Below are positions 1-11,935 of a stretch of DNA of 64,000 nucleotides, piece by piece. The DNA comes from Lophium mytilinum (lineage: Eukaryota): contig MU004186.1 in the NCBI GenBank assembly GCA_010093605.1, forward strand, positions 1,282,616 through 1,346,615. Direction: 5' to 3'. Both the position numbers and the translations under genes were made by a program. Under the pieces are notes generated by a model. The model saw only the letters and a list, made by a program, of their open reading frames with translations. It was not told the DNA's origin and did no database searches. Every line of letters starts with the position of its first letter. The first letter of the stretch is position 1.

Positions 1-2
1 GA

Positions 3-1268
3 CCGCAACCCCAGAACCCTCGAGACCGTATTCGTGGCATACGTCGCGGGCAACGTTTGAATGCCTACGAACGCGTGTGGCAATCAGTTTGGAGTCGTAT
101 CAACCTGGATCTGGACTACCCTTTCGACGACGAAAACCCCCAGCGACCGCAGCGAACCGAAGCACAACAGCGAGAAGCACTAGAATGGGAACGGCGACTG
201 GCAGTCGCAAGCCGAAATGGAGCTGGGAACAGGTTCCGCCAGATTGGGACTGCCCTGCTACCTCATCGTACCGATCCCCCGCCACCTCGAGACCCTGAGT
301 CGGAGGAGGATATGCAAGCTTGGCACGCGTTTGAAAAAGCTAGAGCAGAACTCAACGGACAGAGTCGTGGCTCTTCCTCAAGTGGCCGTGGCCGCAATCG
401 CAGGAAACGAAAATCGATTACATCCTCTCCGTCCGAGGAGGACGCAGAGCCCCGTCAGCCCGAACGGAAATTGAAAAGGCCCCGCACTCGAGTTGCACAT
501 GAAATCGGTAGCGACCCTTTAAAGGATGTGGTCGCGGAGGCGTCCACGACCGCTCGTGTATTCGACCCGCCCCACTCGTCTCCTCCAAATGGTCTGAAAG
601 ACGGGACCGATTCTGCAGCTGGCGTGCAAGGCTTCTTGCAATCCCTGCTCAAAGAGGTTGAGGTCACGCCGAAGCCAGAAGATGAGATTGCGGCACCACA
701 ACCCAGACGTGTCATCATCGAGCGCGCTTGCTCTCCGCCCGGTTCATCGCCAGGACTTTCACCCGTATATCCTACTCCGCGTGGCGGCATGACACCACCG
801 CCGCTAAATCTTACACGGCCCACATCGCCGCTGCAGACATCTCCAAACCTCTCGCCGGGCTACTCTCCGACCTCTCGGTTCCCCCCTTTCTCCCCTGCCG
901 ACGATGAATATAGAACAGGTCGTCGGAAACACCACCAATCTCCCGGAGCTCTTTCTAGTCCCCCACGTTCGAAAGATTCGTCACCAACCCGGTCGCTCTC
1001 GTATTCAACAAAGGCAGAAGTTCAACGAATGGTTTCTATCGTGCTCAAACCGTTCTACTTGAAGCAAGAGATTACAAAGGACCAATACACCGACATTAAC
1101 CGCGATGTTAGTCGCTCGCTATACGACAAGGTCGGTGACGCCAATGCCCTAGCTGATCAGGACACTAGAGAGAAGTGGCAGCGGATTGCAGGAGAGGAAG
1201 TAGAAAGCGCGGTCCGAGCCCTGCGAACAGATGGGCATGATTCCGGAACTGGCACCAACTCTTCATGA
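3..1268 (+). CDS. 3' part of a PHD/RING-finger-type (PHRF1/Asr1-like) protein with a C-terminal SRI-like helical domain; 5' end lies outside the window
   Basis: Frame is open from base 3. A low-complexity S/P/R middle is followed by the C-terminal KAEVQRMVSIVLKPFYLKQEITKDQYTDINRDVSRSLY block typical of this family. The zinc fingers are not in the window, so the family call is inferred. Confidence 0.65.
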   Translation, partial: PQPQNPRDRIRGIRRGQRLNAYERVWQSVWSRINLDLDYPFDDENPQRPQRTEAQQREALEWERRLAVASRNGAGNRFRQIGTALLPHRTDPPPPRDPESEEDMQAWHAFEKARAELNGQSRGSSSSGRGRNRRKRKSITSSPSEEDAEPRQPERKLKRPRTRVAHEIGSDPLKDVVAEASTTARVFDPPHSSPPNGLKDGTDSAAGVQGFLQSLLKEVEVTPKPEDEIAAPQPRRVIIERACSPPGSSPGLSPVYPTPRGGMTPPPLNLTRPTSPLQTSPNLSPGYSPTSRFPPFSPADDEYRTGRRKHHQSPGALSSPPRSKDSSPTRSLSYSTKAEVQRMVSIVLKPFYLKQEITKDQYTDINRDVSRSLYDKVGDANALADQDTREKWQRIAGEEVESAVRALRTDGHDSGTGTNSS

Positions 1269-1970
1269 GTACATTCACAATCGCGTTTCTGGATTTCCAC
1301 AGGCGCAACGGTCTCGGCTGCATCTTATCGGATATGGCGTCTTGCGCTCGAGCGTTCCTATCCGTTTGTATCAAGAGGATTATTGGCGTCCTTTGCGAAT
1401 TCGATATTAGATACCATGGCTACCGCTCCGGATTACCCTTGGGATTGGGTCGGCGTTCTTTGACGGGATGGTTTTATGGATCTATCAGTCGTCTACGGAT
1501 GACTGGGTATACGGATATATAGATACTTACGCTTTCAATGTTTATGTTTGGTCTTTTCGACATATCGCTACCATTGTCGATTTGGTTTGCTCTGATGTGC
1601 GCGAATGTGATGTTTAGAACTCATGGGTAGGATTCAGTGCTCTAGTTCCAGTCCTCCAAGTTCACGCGCCTGTTTGAATGACTTCGAGGGGCTTTGAAAG
1701 CTGAACAGGGAACATGACGGATTTATAGCACACCCTGAATCAGGTCTAAGATTCTTGAGACCGGTTGAGGTTACGAAGCCCCTCTTACACATGCGGCAAC
1801 CGTTTGCGCCTCCATCCAAAGCTCCCTATCCAATTCAAGCACTCTGCTATGCCTCCCCAATCCACCACTTTTCCCATACCCCATAACGCCCCCAAACCCA
1901 AACCCATGGTATCATTCCCCACCACCAGAACGCCCAACACACACATCCCATCCCATCCCATCCCATCCTC

Positions 1971-2381
1971 TCACATCTCTGCACTCCCCTCCCGCCCCCT
2001 CACCCACCCTTCCACCCCACGCGCCACCCCCTCCACATCCCCCTCCCGCCCCTCCCGCGCCCCGCCCTTCAGCGTGTCCAGCTGCCCAAACAGCCACAGC
2101 TCCTGCATCGCCCGCGTCAGCGCCAGCAGGTCCTCGGCCGCGCGCACCAGCGCCGCCGTCTCCTCTTGCATGTGCAGCGCGTTGGCCGAGGTGGTGTTGT
2201 AGTCTGTGCTCTCGAGCGCGGCGGTCGCGACGAGGTTCTCGAAGCGCGTGACGAGGGAGGTTTGGAGTTTGTCGATGTGGGCTAGGGCGGGGGAGGGAGT
2301 TAGTTAGTTGATCTGGGGTTTTGGCTTGGGGGAGGAGAGGGTACTTTTGAGGCTGGCGAAGTTGCGGAGAGAGGACTCCAT
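1971..2381 (-). CDS. MED22: Mediator subunit Med22 (Srb6/Surf5 family), 2 exons
   Basis: ATG 2381; exon 1 2381-2345; intron 2344-2282 (GTAC..CTAAC..TAG). Spliced product MESSLRNFASLKTHIDKLQTSLVTRFENLV...LVRAAEDLLALTRAMQELWLFG has the Med22 signature. Confidence 0.85.
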
Positions 2382-3704
2382 TGTTTGTAGGTTGTGGTTT
2401 TGGAGTTGGGGATCGGGAATTGGGGTGGTATCAAAGGTTTGGGTGCTTGTTTTGGGGATGGAAGCTGGCGCGCACGGGAGAGGTAGGGACTGTTATGGCA
2501 TAGCTGTGCTGAGGTTGTGGGAGCTTGGAGGGAGATGTGGATGTGCGAAGCGCAGGTAGTTCCGCTTGCGGGAGCTGTCACGTGACTATCGTCTCTTGGT
2601 GAGGTTTCACCTTCGAGGTTCTCGAGGGCAAATGGTGTGTATTAAGCTAGTAAATGGTGACTATGTTGTCATTGATTGCTTCATAGGTCAGAGTATGTGT
2701 AGGATGTGGAAATAGTCTCACTAGTGAGAGGGGCGTTGGATGAGGGCGTGGGATATGTAACACTTTCATCTATGTATATATTTCCGACAGCTACTAAGAT
2801 CGAAACACAGAGTAAGAACACTAGGTCTGATATTTCGGCATTGCTCGTCTGAAACAAAAATGCAATACCAATAAACGCCGGGCGAAAGAAGAAATGAAAG
2901 GTCCCATCTCGTGTATAGAAAAGTATTTACACTTGAGTCCAGCTTCTTAGATGTCTCATAGGAGCAAATAATATCAGCGGAGTCACATAGCTACATCTTG
3001 GTGACGCTTGTTGAACCAGTTGCGTCTCTTGGATATCACTGGTAGAGGAGGCAAAGCCGTTTTGAGAGGCGCTGCATGCTGTTGTGCATCGAGAGACTGT
3101 GCTGATTTCTAGTGGGCGAACTGAGTGGGATAGCCTTTGTTAATCGAGGTCGTCATTACCTATGACCCCATGATACGGAGTATTGGGAGCACACGTCCAG
3201 CCTCTCCGACGTTAACCATAAGCAGCTTCATGCCGCGCAGCACCACGCGCATAACGTCCTGTTCCTGCGGGGAGGCGGCTCGACAGTAGCGAGGTCACTG
3301 CGATCGCCTTGATTAGGATGTGTCGCACAGGAGTACTCAATAATAGCATCTTGTACACAGGATAACTGAGCTGAGCCAACGCCGCAGGAGAGCAATTCAG
3401 GACGTTATTCTCACTTGCGACTGAGGAAAGCTGTCTAATATGGAGCCGCGCTGCCCACCCTTACAGATATTCGGTTGCTCGAATATGAGGTTGTTGTGGT
3501 TAGCAGTGTGGGGACTATACCATGGTGAGTAACAATATGCTGGTTCTATTTGCATACCCGATGGCGTAACGACCCCCGACAACTGCTGAAGAAGTCCCGG
3601 TAGCGTGGTGACTTCGTGGGGAGCGAACTGGTTACACAGCTCATCAGCATTCCTCGCAGATTGACAGGCCGGGTCTGCGACGTGGCGATTGGCGTAGTCT
3701 TGAG

Positions 3705-4166
3705 TCAACACGGTCCCAGCCGAGAGGCATGAACTGCGACTAGATGAAGTGAATGCCGAAGTGTAGTAAACGCTAGATAGTGGCTACGAAGCTTGTGTGC
3801 AACTGTCAATATTTGTCGGTTTACCCCGTGTTGTGGCACCTCAACCGAACCCTTCCCCTCCAATCTGCATTCTTTGGACATCCCAGAAAGTGTCAAGATG
3901 GTACAGCTATTCAGCCATCTGGGCTCTTGTGGTACGGCCACGGCCTGGAAGGAATCGGATTGTCGCGGAGAGGAGCAGCACGCATGGTGTTGTTACGCAC
4001 ACTCGGGGTGCTGTTTCTCCATTTGCTGCTATTTCTCCATTGCTGCAGTTTCTTCATTTGTTACTGTTTCTGCTGCTTCTCACGCTTTCGTCCAGAGCCA
4101 TGAGAGGCCTCCGTCCAAAGCCGTTAGGGTTTTTTCGTCCAGAGCCGTGAGGGTTGTGAATGGCAT
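3705..4166 (-). pseudogene. Degenerate ORF relic with three in-frame stops, or a 28-aa sORF / non-coding transcript
   Basis: TATAAATA at 4206-4199 and ACAACAATG at 4166. One frame runs to 3705 with stops TGA 4082-4080, TAG 4031-4029 and TAA 3995-3993. No secure family assignment. Confidence 0.35.
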
Positions 4167-4825
4167 TGTTGTTGTTCTCGAGGGATATGCAGGGCGCGTA
4201 TTTATAGTTGTCGGAACGTCGGGCCCGCCATGTGGGTCACGTGCATGTCATCATTCGCCGCTTTTCTCAACACCACCACACCACGCTTGGCCTGCAGTCC
4301 CTTGACGCTCTCGAGCCTCGGACATCGTCACTGAACAACACCTCGCTGCCCGCGCGCCCAACGACCCTCACTGTCCTGACGTGCGCCATCTTCGGTGCCT
4401 CGCTTCCTGCTACCCCGGCCCGTCCTACGGCAAACCTTATCGATTGCCTCATCTCTAGTCTAACCGCCCCTAGGTCCAAGAAAGGCCACCGGCTCAAAAC
4501 ACGACGCGCCCGTCCCGATCACCAACCGTCGATCCATCACCACCACCTCCCTCCCCCCCGACGCTCCCCTTCCCGCTGAACTCGCGCGTCGCACTGCAGC
4601 CTGGCGTCGCTAGAGTTGCGCCGTGCAGCAGGTCGCACTCGGCCCAGCCTCTCCTCTCATCACCGCCGTGCGCGCTCCTTCTCCCCGGCCTCCGCGCGAC
4701 ACTCCCTTTGCCGCGCCTAGCCTCTATCGCTCGACGACTCGGGGCCGACCGCAGCGCTCGCTGTTCCTGCTCCGGAGGGTTTCCTTGCCCAGGCCGGAGA
4801 GGAGACAGAGGAGGGAACTCACACT

Positions 4826-7800
4826 ATGGCACTGGCCGCTCCGCCATCAAACGATCGCAAACGCGTAAAGGTCTACGAGCTGAAGAACAACGACTGGTTT
4901 GATCGCGGGACCGGTTTCTGCAAAGGCATCGTTCAGAACGTGAGTGCCACACGCGCGCTTATCCCCCCGGCCACAGCGTGACTCTTTTCGCGCCGAAAGC
5001 CCCTCGCGGTCCCAACAACAAATGTGCAATGGGGCTGACTTGTCGTCTTATATAGGATGAGGCGCGGATACTAGTTGCCTCTGAAGACGACGCCAATCGC
5101 CAACTGCTCGAGACAAGGATATCGAAGGACGATGGCTATCAAAAACAGCAAGGTACTATGCGCCACTCTGGATGACACCAATATCAACTAATTCGGCCAT
5201 TAGACACGTTGATAGTCTGGACGGAACAAAATGGGACGGATATGGCTCTAAGCTTCCAGGAAGCGGAGGGTTGTGCAGCGATATGGTACGTTTGTGCGAC
5301 CAGCATGGGATCTGGGTTGAGAGGCTGATAACGACACAGGGAATTCGTTAGCGAGATTCAGCACCGGTTACAACAACTCGCAGGTCCAGGTTAGTTTGAG
5401 CATTCTGTAATTACCATCGCAGGGGATTGTCAACTAATTGGCGCAGATGATGGCCTCTCAGACGACGTGATGGATAGCGTAAACTCCATCATGCTACCAA
5501 ATCCGGAACTAGGCAATCTGCAGGAGTCGGAAAATCACATGCGCATGGCCAACAACACTCCCGCTGGTCGCGATGCCTTGGGCAAGTTCGTCATTAGCAC
5601 CGGATACATCCAGAAGCTCATTCCTTTGGTGGAAATTGCCGAGGACCTTGAAAGTCTTCCAGACCTGCACAAGCTGTGCAATATCATGAAGCTGCTAATT
5701 CTCCTCAACGACACCCAGATAATTGAGTTTGTAGTCACCGACGACGTCATATTAGGCGTCGTGGGTGCTTTAGAGTGTAAGCTTCACACGCGAGTATTTC
5801 ACGTCGAATGTCCCTGACTTCTGTAGACGATCCCGACTTTCCATGTCACAAGGCGAACCACAGGCAATATCTCTCGGACGAATCCAAGTTCAAGGAGGTG
5901 GTGAAGATCGAAGATCCGGAAGTAAAAAAGAAGATACACTACACCTACCGACTTCAGTACCTGAAGGACGTAGTCCTTGCTCGCATTCTCGACGACCCTA
6001 CTTTTTCGGTCCTCAACTCGCTCATATTCTTCCACCAGGTCGATATTGTCCAGCATCTCCAGGCAAACGGCGCATTCTTGAAGGAGTTATTCGGCATTTT
6101 TGGCGCAGACGAACAAGATTACCAACGGAAAAAGGATGGCGTCTTGTTCATACAACAGTGCTGTGCGGTTGCCAAGAGCCTACAGGCAAATGCGCGAGCG
6201 ACTCTCTTCCAAAATTTCATCGGTAACGGCCTTTTGGACGTCATTCAATTCTCCCTCAAGCACCAGGATGCTTCCGTGCGAGTCGCTGGAACGGACATAC
6301 TAGTAGCTCTCATCGACCACGATGCTCTGATGGTACGAGGCTACATCTTCAAGGCCATCAACGAGAAGGCAAAGCCCCTAACGGATACCCTGATTGAGCT
6401 TCTTCTTGTGGAAGTGGATCTCGGAGTAAAGGCGCAGATGGCAGATGCGATCAAGATCCTGCTCGATCCTAACGCGAATTCGATCTCTCTCGAAGCAATT
6501 GGGCGTACAAACAGCGACTTTTTGGCTAAAGTTAGAGGTTCCCTGGCGCCACAAGCCCCTCAGACCGAAGGTTTCATCCAATCGTTCTACGACGAATCTG
6601 CTAAGAAGCTCTTCCAGCCCCTGAAAAATTTGGAGGGCAGGAAATCTAGTAAGAACCTGGCGCTGTAATATTTTTACCCCATATTTAACAAATTTTGCAG
6701 TGGACGATCTCACTTTCCAGGAGGTGTCTCTATATTCACACCTTGTAGAGATATTATGCTTCTTCATCCGCCAGCATGCGTACCGAAGCAAGTACTTCCT
6801 TCTCACAGAAGGACTCGCAAGTCGCGTAGGCCAGCTTATGTCATGTCCTGAGAAGCATCTCAAGCTTAGTATGAAGTCTCCGATGTACATCATCTGTTTG
6901 AACGCTGGCTAACCTTTCCTAGCGGCGCTCAAATACTTTCGAACATGCATTGGCCTGCACGACGACTTCCACAACCGGCAAGTTGTTCAGCACAATCTCT
7001 TCGACCCTATCCTGAACATTTTATTCGAAACCATGCCGCGTGACAATCTTCTTAACTCCGCTTGTCTCGAACTTTTTGAGTTCATAAAGCGAGAAAATCT
7101 GAAGACTTTGATTGTTCATCTTGTCGAGACGTATCGAGAGAAGCTGCAGGCGATCACATATGTGGACACTTTCCAAAGTCTGATCCTCCGCTATGATCAA
7201 CTGATCGAGCCAACAACTACGCAGGAATTGGATCATTCTTTCACCACCCAAGAGGGTGATACGCCGAACAAGAACAGTGCTGTCAATGGTGGACGCTGGA
7301 ACGGCCTCAAGGAACCAGACCAAGAGGAGGAGAACTACTTCAATGGCTCGGACAACGAGGATGAGGAGGATGTGCTTTCCATCGCAGCCAAGCCAGTCAC
7401 AAACGGCGCATCACCTGTCCACGGTGCATCCCCCGTCCGACCTCTAGTCAATTACCCCGACGACGACGCTGATGACGATATGGATATCCTCACTACCAGC
7501 GACTCCCCGTCCCCAGTCAAGAAGTCTACGTCTTCGCAAGCCACCGAGCCGGACGGACCTACGAAGGGTCCAACAACCCGAGACCAGACCCCTCAGCCTT
7601 CATCCCCGGTAGTCAGTCCACCAGAACGACTATCAGAAAAGCGTCGCCGGGAAGAGGACGAAGAGGACGAGCTTGCCAAGCTTACAACGCAGAGCTCCAA
7701 GCGCCGCTCATCACTTAGCAGCAACTCCAGCGCAACAAGTACCGGACCAACACACGGCCACATGCTGCGAAGGAAGAAGTCCATTAACTCCGGCAAAGAC

Positions 7801-7878
7801 GGCGGGCCCAAGAAAATCTCCATCGCCATTGGTGTGAAGAGCGGCGGTGGCGACAACGCCGGCGGTGACAACGAATAA
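4826..7878 (+). CDS. PSY2: Protein phosphatase 4 regulatory subunit 3 (Psy2/SMK-1), multi-exon
   Basis: N-terminal EVH1-like RKRVKVYELKNNDWFDRGTGFC; YQKQQ/DTLIVWTE..DMALSFQEAEGCAAIW; IHYTYRLQYLKDVVLARILDDPTFSVLNSLIFF; RDNLLNSACLELFEFIKREN. Canonical introns join the ORF pieces. Confidence 0.93.
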
Positions 7879-8575
7879 GCAAGGCAAACGGTCAAATGGA
7901 TTCGGCGCGAGAGATACCCCGCCCTTGAAAGCTGAGATGAAGTGTATGAAATCGGCGTAAAGTGCGCAACGGGGAGCGGCATGTGGGGCAAGGCGTTTTT
8001 GCATGAACGAGTGGATCAATTCATTGGGCAACGGGACATCTGGGGGCAGAGTCGGGAGCTTCTTTTCTGGTTGCCGAATTGCCAGCAGCATGGCAGCAGC
8101 TATATGTGTGTTTCTTGGCCAGTTTTTGGCGCCTTCTGCCGTCAATGCTTAGTACGGCGAGGATTGTACTATAGACAACCTCCTAGGGAGCGGAGAATGG
8201 GGGCGTGGATGCGGATGCGGAGCCGGAGGCTGGGTGGTTATCTGGCTGACCATTGGCGCGAACTGGGTGGTGTTATGCTGCTCTCTCAAAAGCTGGGTTC
8301 CGTTCAATTCAATTCGATGCCGTATATTTATGCTTCTTGGATTCGTCACACGCGGTCCGGGTAGTAAAGGTGGTAGAATCAACGAGATCATGACTCGAAG
8401 TTTCGCTCCACGCTTCGTGAATCGTAGTACCCTTTGTGAATTTTTATATGTCTGTGCTCATAGATCACGTTTCGACGCGTTGGTCCTCTCCCCGCGATCT
8501 ACAGACTTAAACCTGCTAGATCCTCAAAACCTCACCAACCTCAACAACCACCACTTTCGCCCAAAACAAACCACA

Positions 8576-9388
8576 ATGCCAACACCTCCACAACCCGACC
8601 TGTCATCCGACCCGCAATCGCATCAACCCGACCCCTCGCCCTCTACCTCATCCCCCTCTTCCGCCCACCAACCCACACCTACAATGCCACCACCAACGCC
8701 TTCCCTCCCCCTCACCCTCATCCTCGCCGCCACCCCCTCCCTCGGCATCGGCCGCGCCGGCGCCCTGCCCTGGAAATCCCTCAAAGCCGACATGGCCTTC
8801 TTCGCGCGCGTCACCAAACGCGTGCCCGGGGTGGGTGGCGGGGTGGGGGCGGCGGGGGCGGCTGGGGCCTCTCCCTCTCCCTCTCCAACAAATCGCCCCA
8901 CAAAGACCCAAAACGCCGTCATCATGGGTCGCAAGACCTGGGACTCCATCCCCCCGCGCTTCCGCCCGCTCGCCGGCCGCGTGAACGTCGTGGTCAGCCG
9001 CTCCGGCGCGGTGGCGGGGTTAGACGCTGCGCGGGAGAGGGAGAAGGTGCTTGTGGCTGGAGGGTTGGGGGAGGCGGTTGGGGTGTTACAGAAGGGGGTT
9101 GTAGAAGAGGTAGGGGTTGGAAGGGTGTTTGTGATTGGGGGCGCGAGTTTGTATGAGCAGGCGTTAAGGATGGAGGGGGCGCGGAGGGTGGTGTTGACGA
9201 AGGTGGGGAGGGAGTTTGAGTGTGATGCGTTTTTTGGGGTGGATTTGGAGGGGGAGGGGGCGAGGGGAAAGGGGTGGGTGAGGAGGAGTAGGGGGCAGTT
9301 GGAGGAGTGGGTTGGGGAGAAAGTTGAGGCGGGGGAGGAGGCGGGGGTGGGGTATGAGTTTTGTTTGTTTGAGAGGGAGGGGGCGTGA
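8576..9388 (+). CDS. DFR1: Dihydrofolate reductase (alternative start ATG 8684)
   Basis: [69 protein letters not shown] motifs. Confidence 0.95.
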   Translation: MPTPPQPDLSSDPQSHQPDPSPSTSSPSSAHQPTPTMPPPTPSLPLTLILAATPSLGIGRAGALPWKSLKADMAFFARVTKRVPGVGGGVGAAGAAGASPSPSPTNRPTKTQNAVIMGRKTWDSIPPRFRPLAGRVNVVVSRSGAVAGLDAAREREKVLVAGGLGEAVGVLQKGVVEEVGVGRVFVIGGASLYEQALRMEGARRVVLTKVGREFECDAFFGVDLEGEGARGKGWVRRSRGQLEEWVGEKVEAGEEAGVGYEFCLFEREGA

Positions 9389-9672
9389 GGGGAGGAGGGA
9401 TGGGAAAGGAATAAAGGCTTGGAGAGTTGGGGTAAAAGAAGCGTCAAGAGGACCGAGAGAGGGTAAAATGAGGCCGCTTTGGGTGAAACAAGTGTCAAGA
9501 GAACCGAAAGAGGAGATTGGCTATTGTACGATACAGACAGCAGAAGGCTGGGTAGGGCTTCGGTCTAGCCGCGAGCGACAAAACGTATCACTAGATGTAC
9601 ATTACAATACTGGACCCTCAAGGTGTAAGAGGTCGCAAATCCAGTACCCTAATCGTGGCTTGTCATGCCAAC

Positions 9673-9690
9673 ATATATATATATATATAT
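9673..9690. repeat. (AT)n microsatellite
   Basis: About nine AT units read directly. Confidence 0.9.
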
Positions 9691-9810
9691 AAACCCCCAG
9701 GGTGCTTCAACAAGGTGAACATCTTGCAAATATCCTCAATGTCTCGCACGAATTCTAGACTCCATCCCTCTCTGTCCGCCTGCCGCTCGTTTCCACCATG
9801 TCCTGTGATG

Positions 9811-10460
9811 TTAATCGCGCGACTCTTTAAATCAGATCCTGCACATAGCGTAAATTTCGCACTGTTAAGATGTACTAACGGGAGCCAGTCCGTGAAATCT
9901 TGATATGATTTTAGCATCTGATTAGAGAAACACTTCAGATCGGACCCTAGAAATAGGGTAAATCTTGCACTGTTAAGATGTACAAAGTGGAGCCAGTCCG
10001 TGCGATTTTGGGTCGATTTTGATATATTATTGGGAGACACCCTAGATCAGACCTCATATCGACAAGATTTAACATCAGCCTCACTTTCAACCCTTTTGGC
10101 GAAGGCGAATGCGAGATAATTCAAATCAGGCCCTAGAAATGGGGTAGATCTCGCACTGTTTAGATGTATAAAGTGGAGCCAGTTCGTGCGAATTTAGCTC
10201 GGTTTTGGCATGTTATTGGAAGACACTGTGAATCAGACCTCTTAGTGAATGAGAGCTGATCCGCCATCAAGCCCGTTTCTAAAAGGATCTCGCGTAGGCC
10301 TGAGGTTAGCTTCGTCGGCGAAGTCAATTGCGCGAGTCTCTAAATCAGGCCCTAGGAAAGGAGTAAATCTTGCACTATTAAGATGTATATAAGGTGGAGC
10401 CAGTCCGTGCAATTTCGGGTTGGTTTTGGCATACTATTGGCGTGGCCCCCAGATCAGGCC
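9811..10460. repeat. Four degenerate ~108-bp direct repeats, two separated by unique spacers
   Basis: Core AAATCAGGCCCTAG..AAATCTTGCACTGTTAAGATGTA..GGAGCCAGTCCGTG starts at ~9829, 9937, 10123 and 10342. Confidence 0.85.
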
Positions 10461-10499
10461 AGAGAGCTGGGTAGAGATTGGCAAGAGTCGGAACTACTG

Positions 10500-11590
10500 C
10501 ACTATCTAGATTTTCTGCTAAACTAATACCTCCTTTCCTCTCGAATCAACTTGGTTCTATGTCTTGCCTAGATAACCTCTCGCGGTTCGAGTAACTACAT
10601 CTACATCGTCGCCTAAAGCCTTACTTTACACAAAAGAAATTAAAGCGTCTGGACATAGTCGTTGAAGTTTCCTACAATATTCGCCTTCCGCAAAAATAAG
10701 TAATTAAACCCCCACGTTGACGGTGTAAGTTCTGGCGAGAGCGTAAATACTTTTGCAGAACAGTTTGATAAGAGCGTCCGCGTAATCGGGCCAACATCTT
10801 ACAAAACTAACTACCTTGCTGGGATGATTTTGAACAAAAGGGACTACGTAGTGCAATCAAGTTTATGCAAATGCGTAAACACTACGGTGGTATGACTTAA
10901 CAAGAATATTAAGAGGATTAGGATAAGTTGTCACCAAAGGAACCCTGGACGTCACAACATTTTACGCTGTATTTAAGAGGGTCGAAACCGCCGCCGCGTA
11001 TCTACAACCGACGAGACTTCGGGGTATCGCGTGTCTAGAAGATACACGCTTTCGTGGCAAGAAGTAACGAGATTGACCAGATGAAAGTAATTGATGTTCC
11101 GGGGAACTCTCTAGAATTACGCGGGATTGAATATGGATAAGATATAGTACCAGATTTGGGTAGTGCTATGTTGAAAGAAGTAAGAGCTTGGTCCCCTTCT
11201 AGGAGTGGAACGAGGCGGCCGCTAGGAAAGGCGTAGACGTCATCAACGCCACGATCCGAATTTGGAAAGTGCTTTTGCCCCTGGATGCAACTCATATGGA
11301 CGTGTATTTTCCAGTGTCGATTAATAGATGGTGTGGTTGAGTAGCAAACTTGGCTCCTGAGAATGAAGCTTTCGCCAGTCTAAGATCCGCGTTACTGCCG
11401 AGATAAAATCATCAAACTTTTTATTGGTGGAGATCTGATTGCAAGGTTGTCCTGGTTTATTTTTCTGTGCGTGACAAAAGCTTTTCCCGCCGCTGAATTG
11501 CTGGGATGGATCCGAAAGCCAACTCGCGTCCTGTCGCGTATATCATGATCTGATTGAAAATCTTTCGAGAGTAATGCTGACGGCAATATT
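10500..11590 (-). pseudogene. Possible decayed BTB/POZ-like gene relic (AT-rich, many stops and frameshifts)
   Basis: Minus-strand fragments GKAFVTHRKI (~11490) and VYAFA/KLDC across a 1-nt frameshift (~10885-10852) recall fungal BTB proteins. No intact ORF. Confidence 0.25.
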
Positions 11591-11935
11591 AAGAGATCAA
11601 AAGTTCAGAAACATCACGATTCTAGGTCACGACTGAAACGAAATATGTCTAAAGAAGAGGAGATGATGGTATTTCGGAATTCTGCGCTTGCCCCTAGTTG
11701 ATGTCGACGCCGCCACAAAAAGTCTACGAAAACCCGTCGTTGATGCTACACAAAAAGTATTTGTACACTCGAAGAAGCACGCAAAGAACCTTTCGAAGAA
11801 CAGCCGATTATGAAGTCTATCGAAGCATGCCTGGTGATACATTGGCCGGATGGAAGAAAATGGTTGATGGCGAGGATGAGGAGATTGCTGAGTGTTTTGT
11901 GTCTATTTTTGAGGATGTCCGGGTGGTGTTGACAT

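Noticed and set aside
8623..9498. 291-aa antisense ORF over DFR1, and similar shadow ORFs over MED22, neurochondrin, PRO3, MDN1 and AMA1
   Set aside because: Low-complexity products explained by compositional skew and codon bias of the real genes.
9811..10460. CRISPR-like repeat/spacer layout
   Set aside because: Eukaryotic context, repeats ~108 bp and diverged, irregular spacers, no cas genes.
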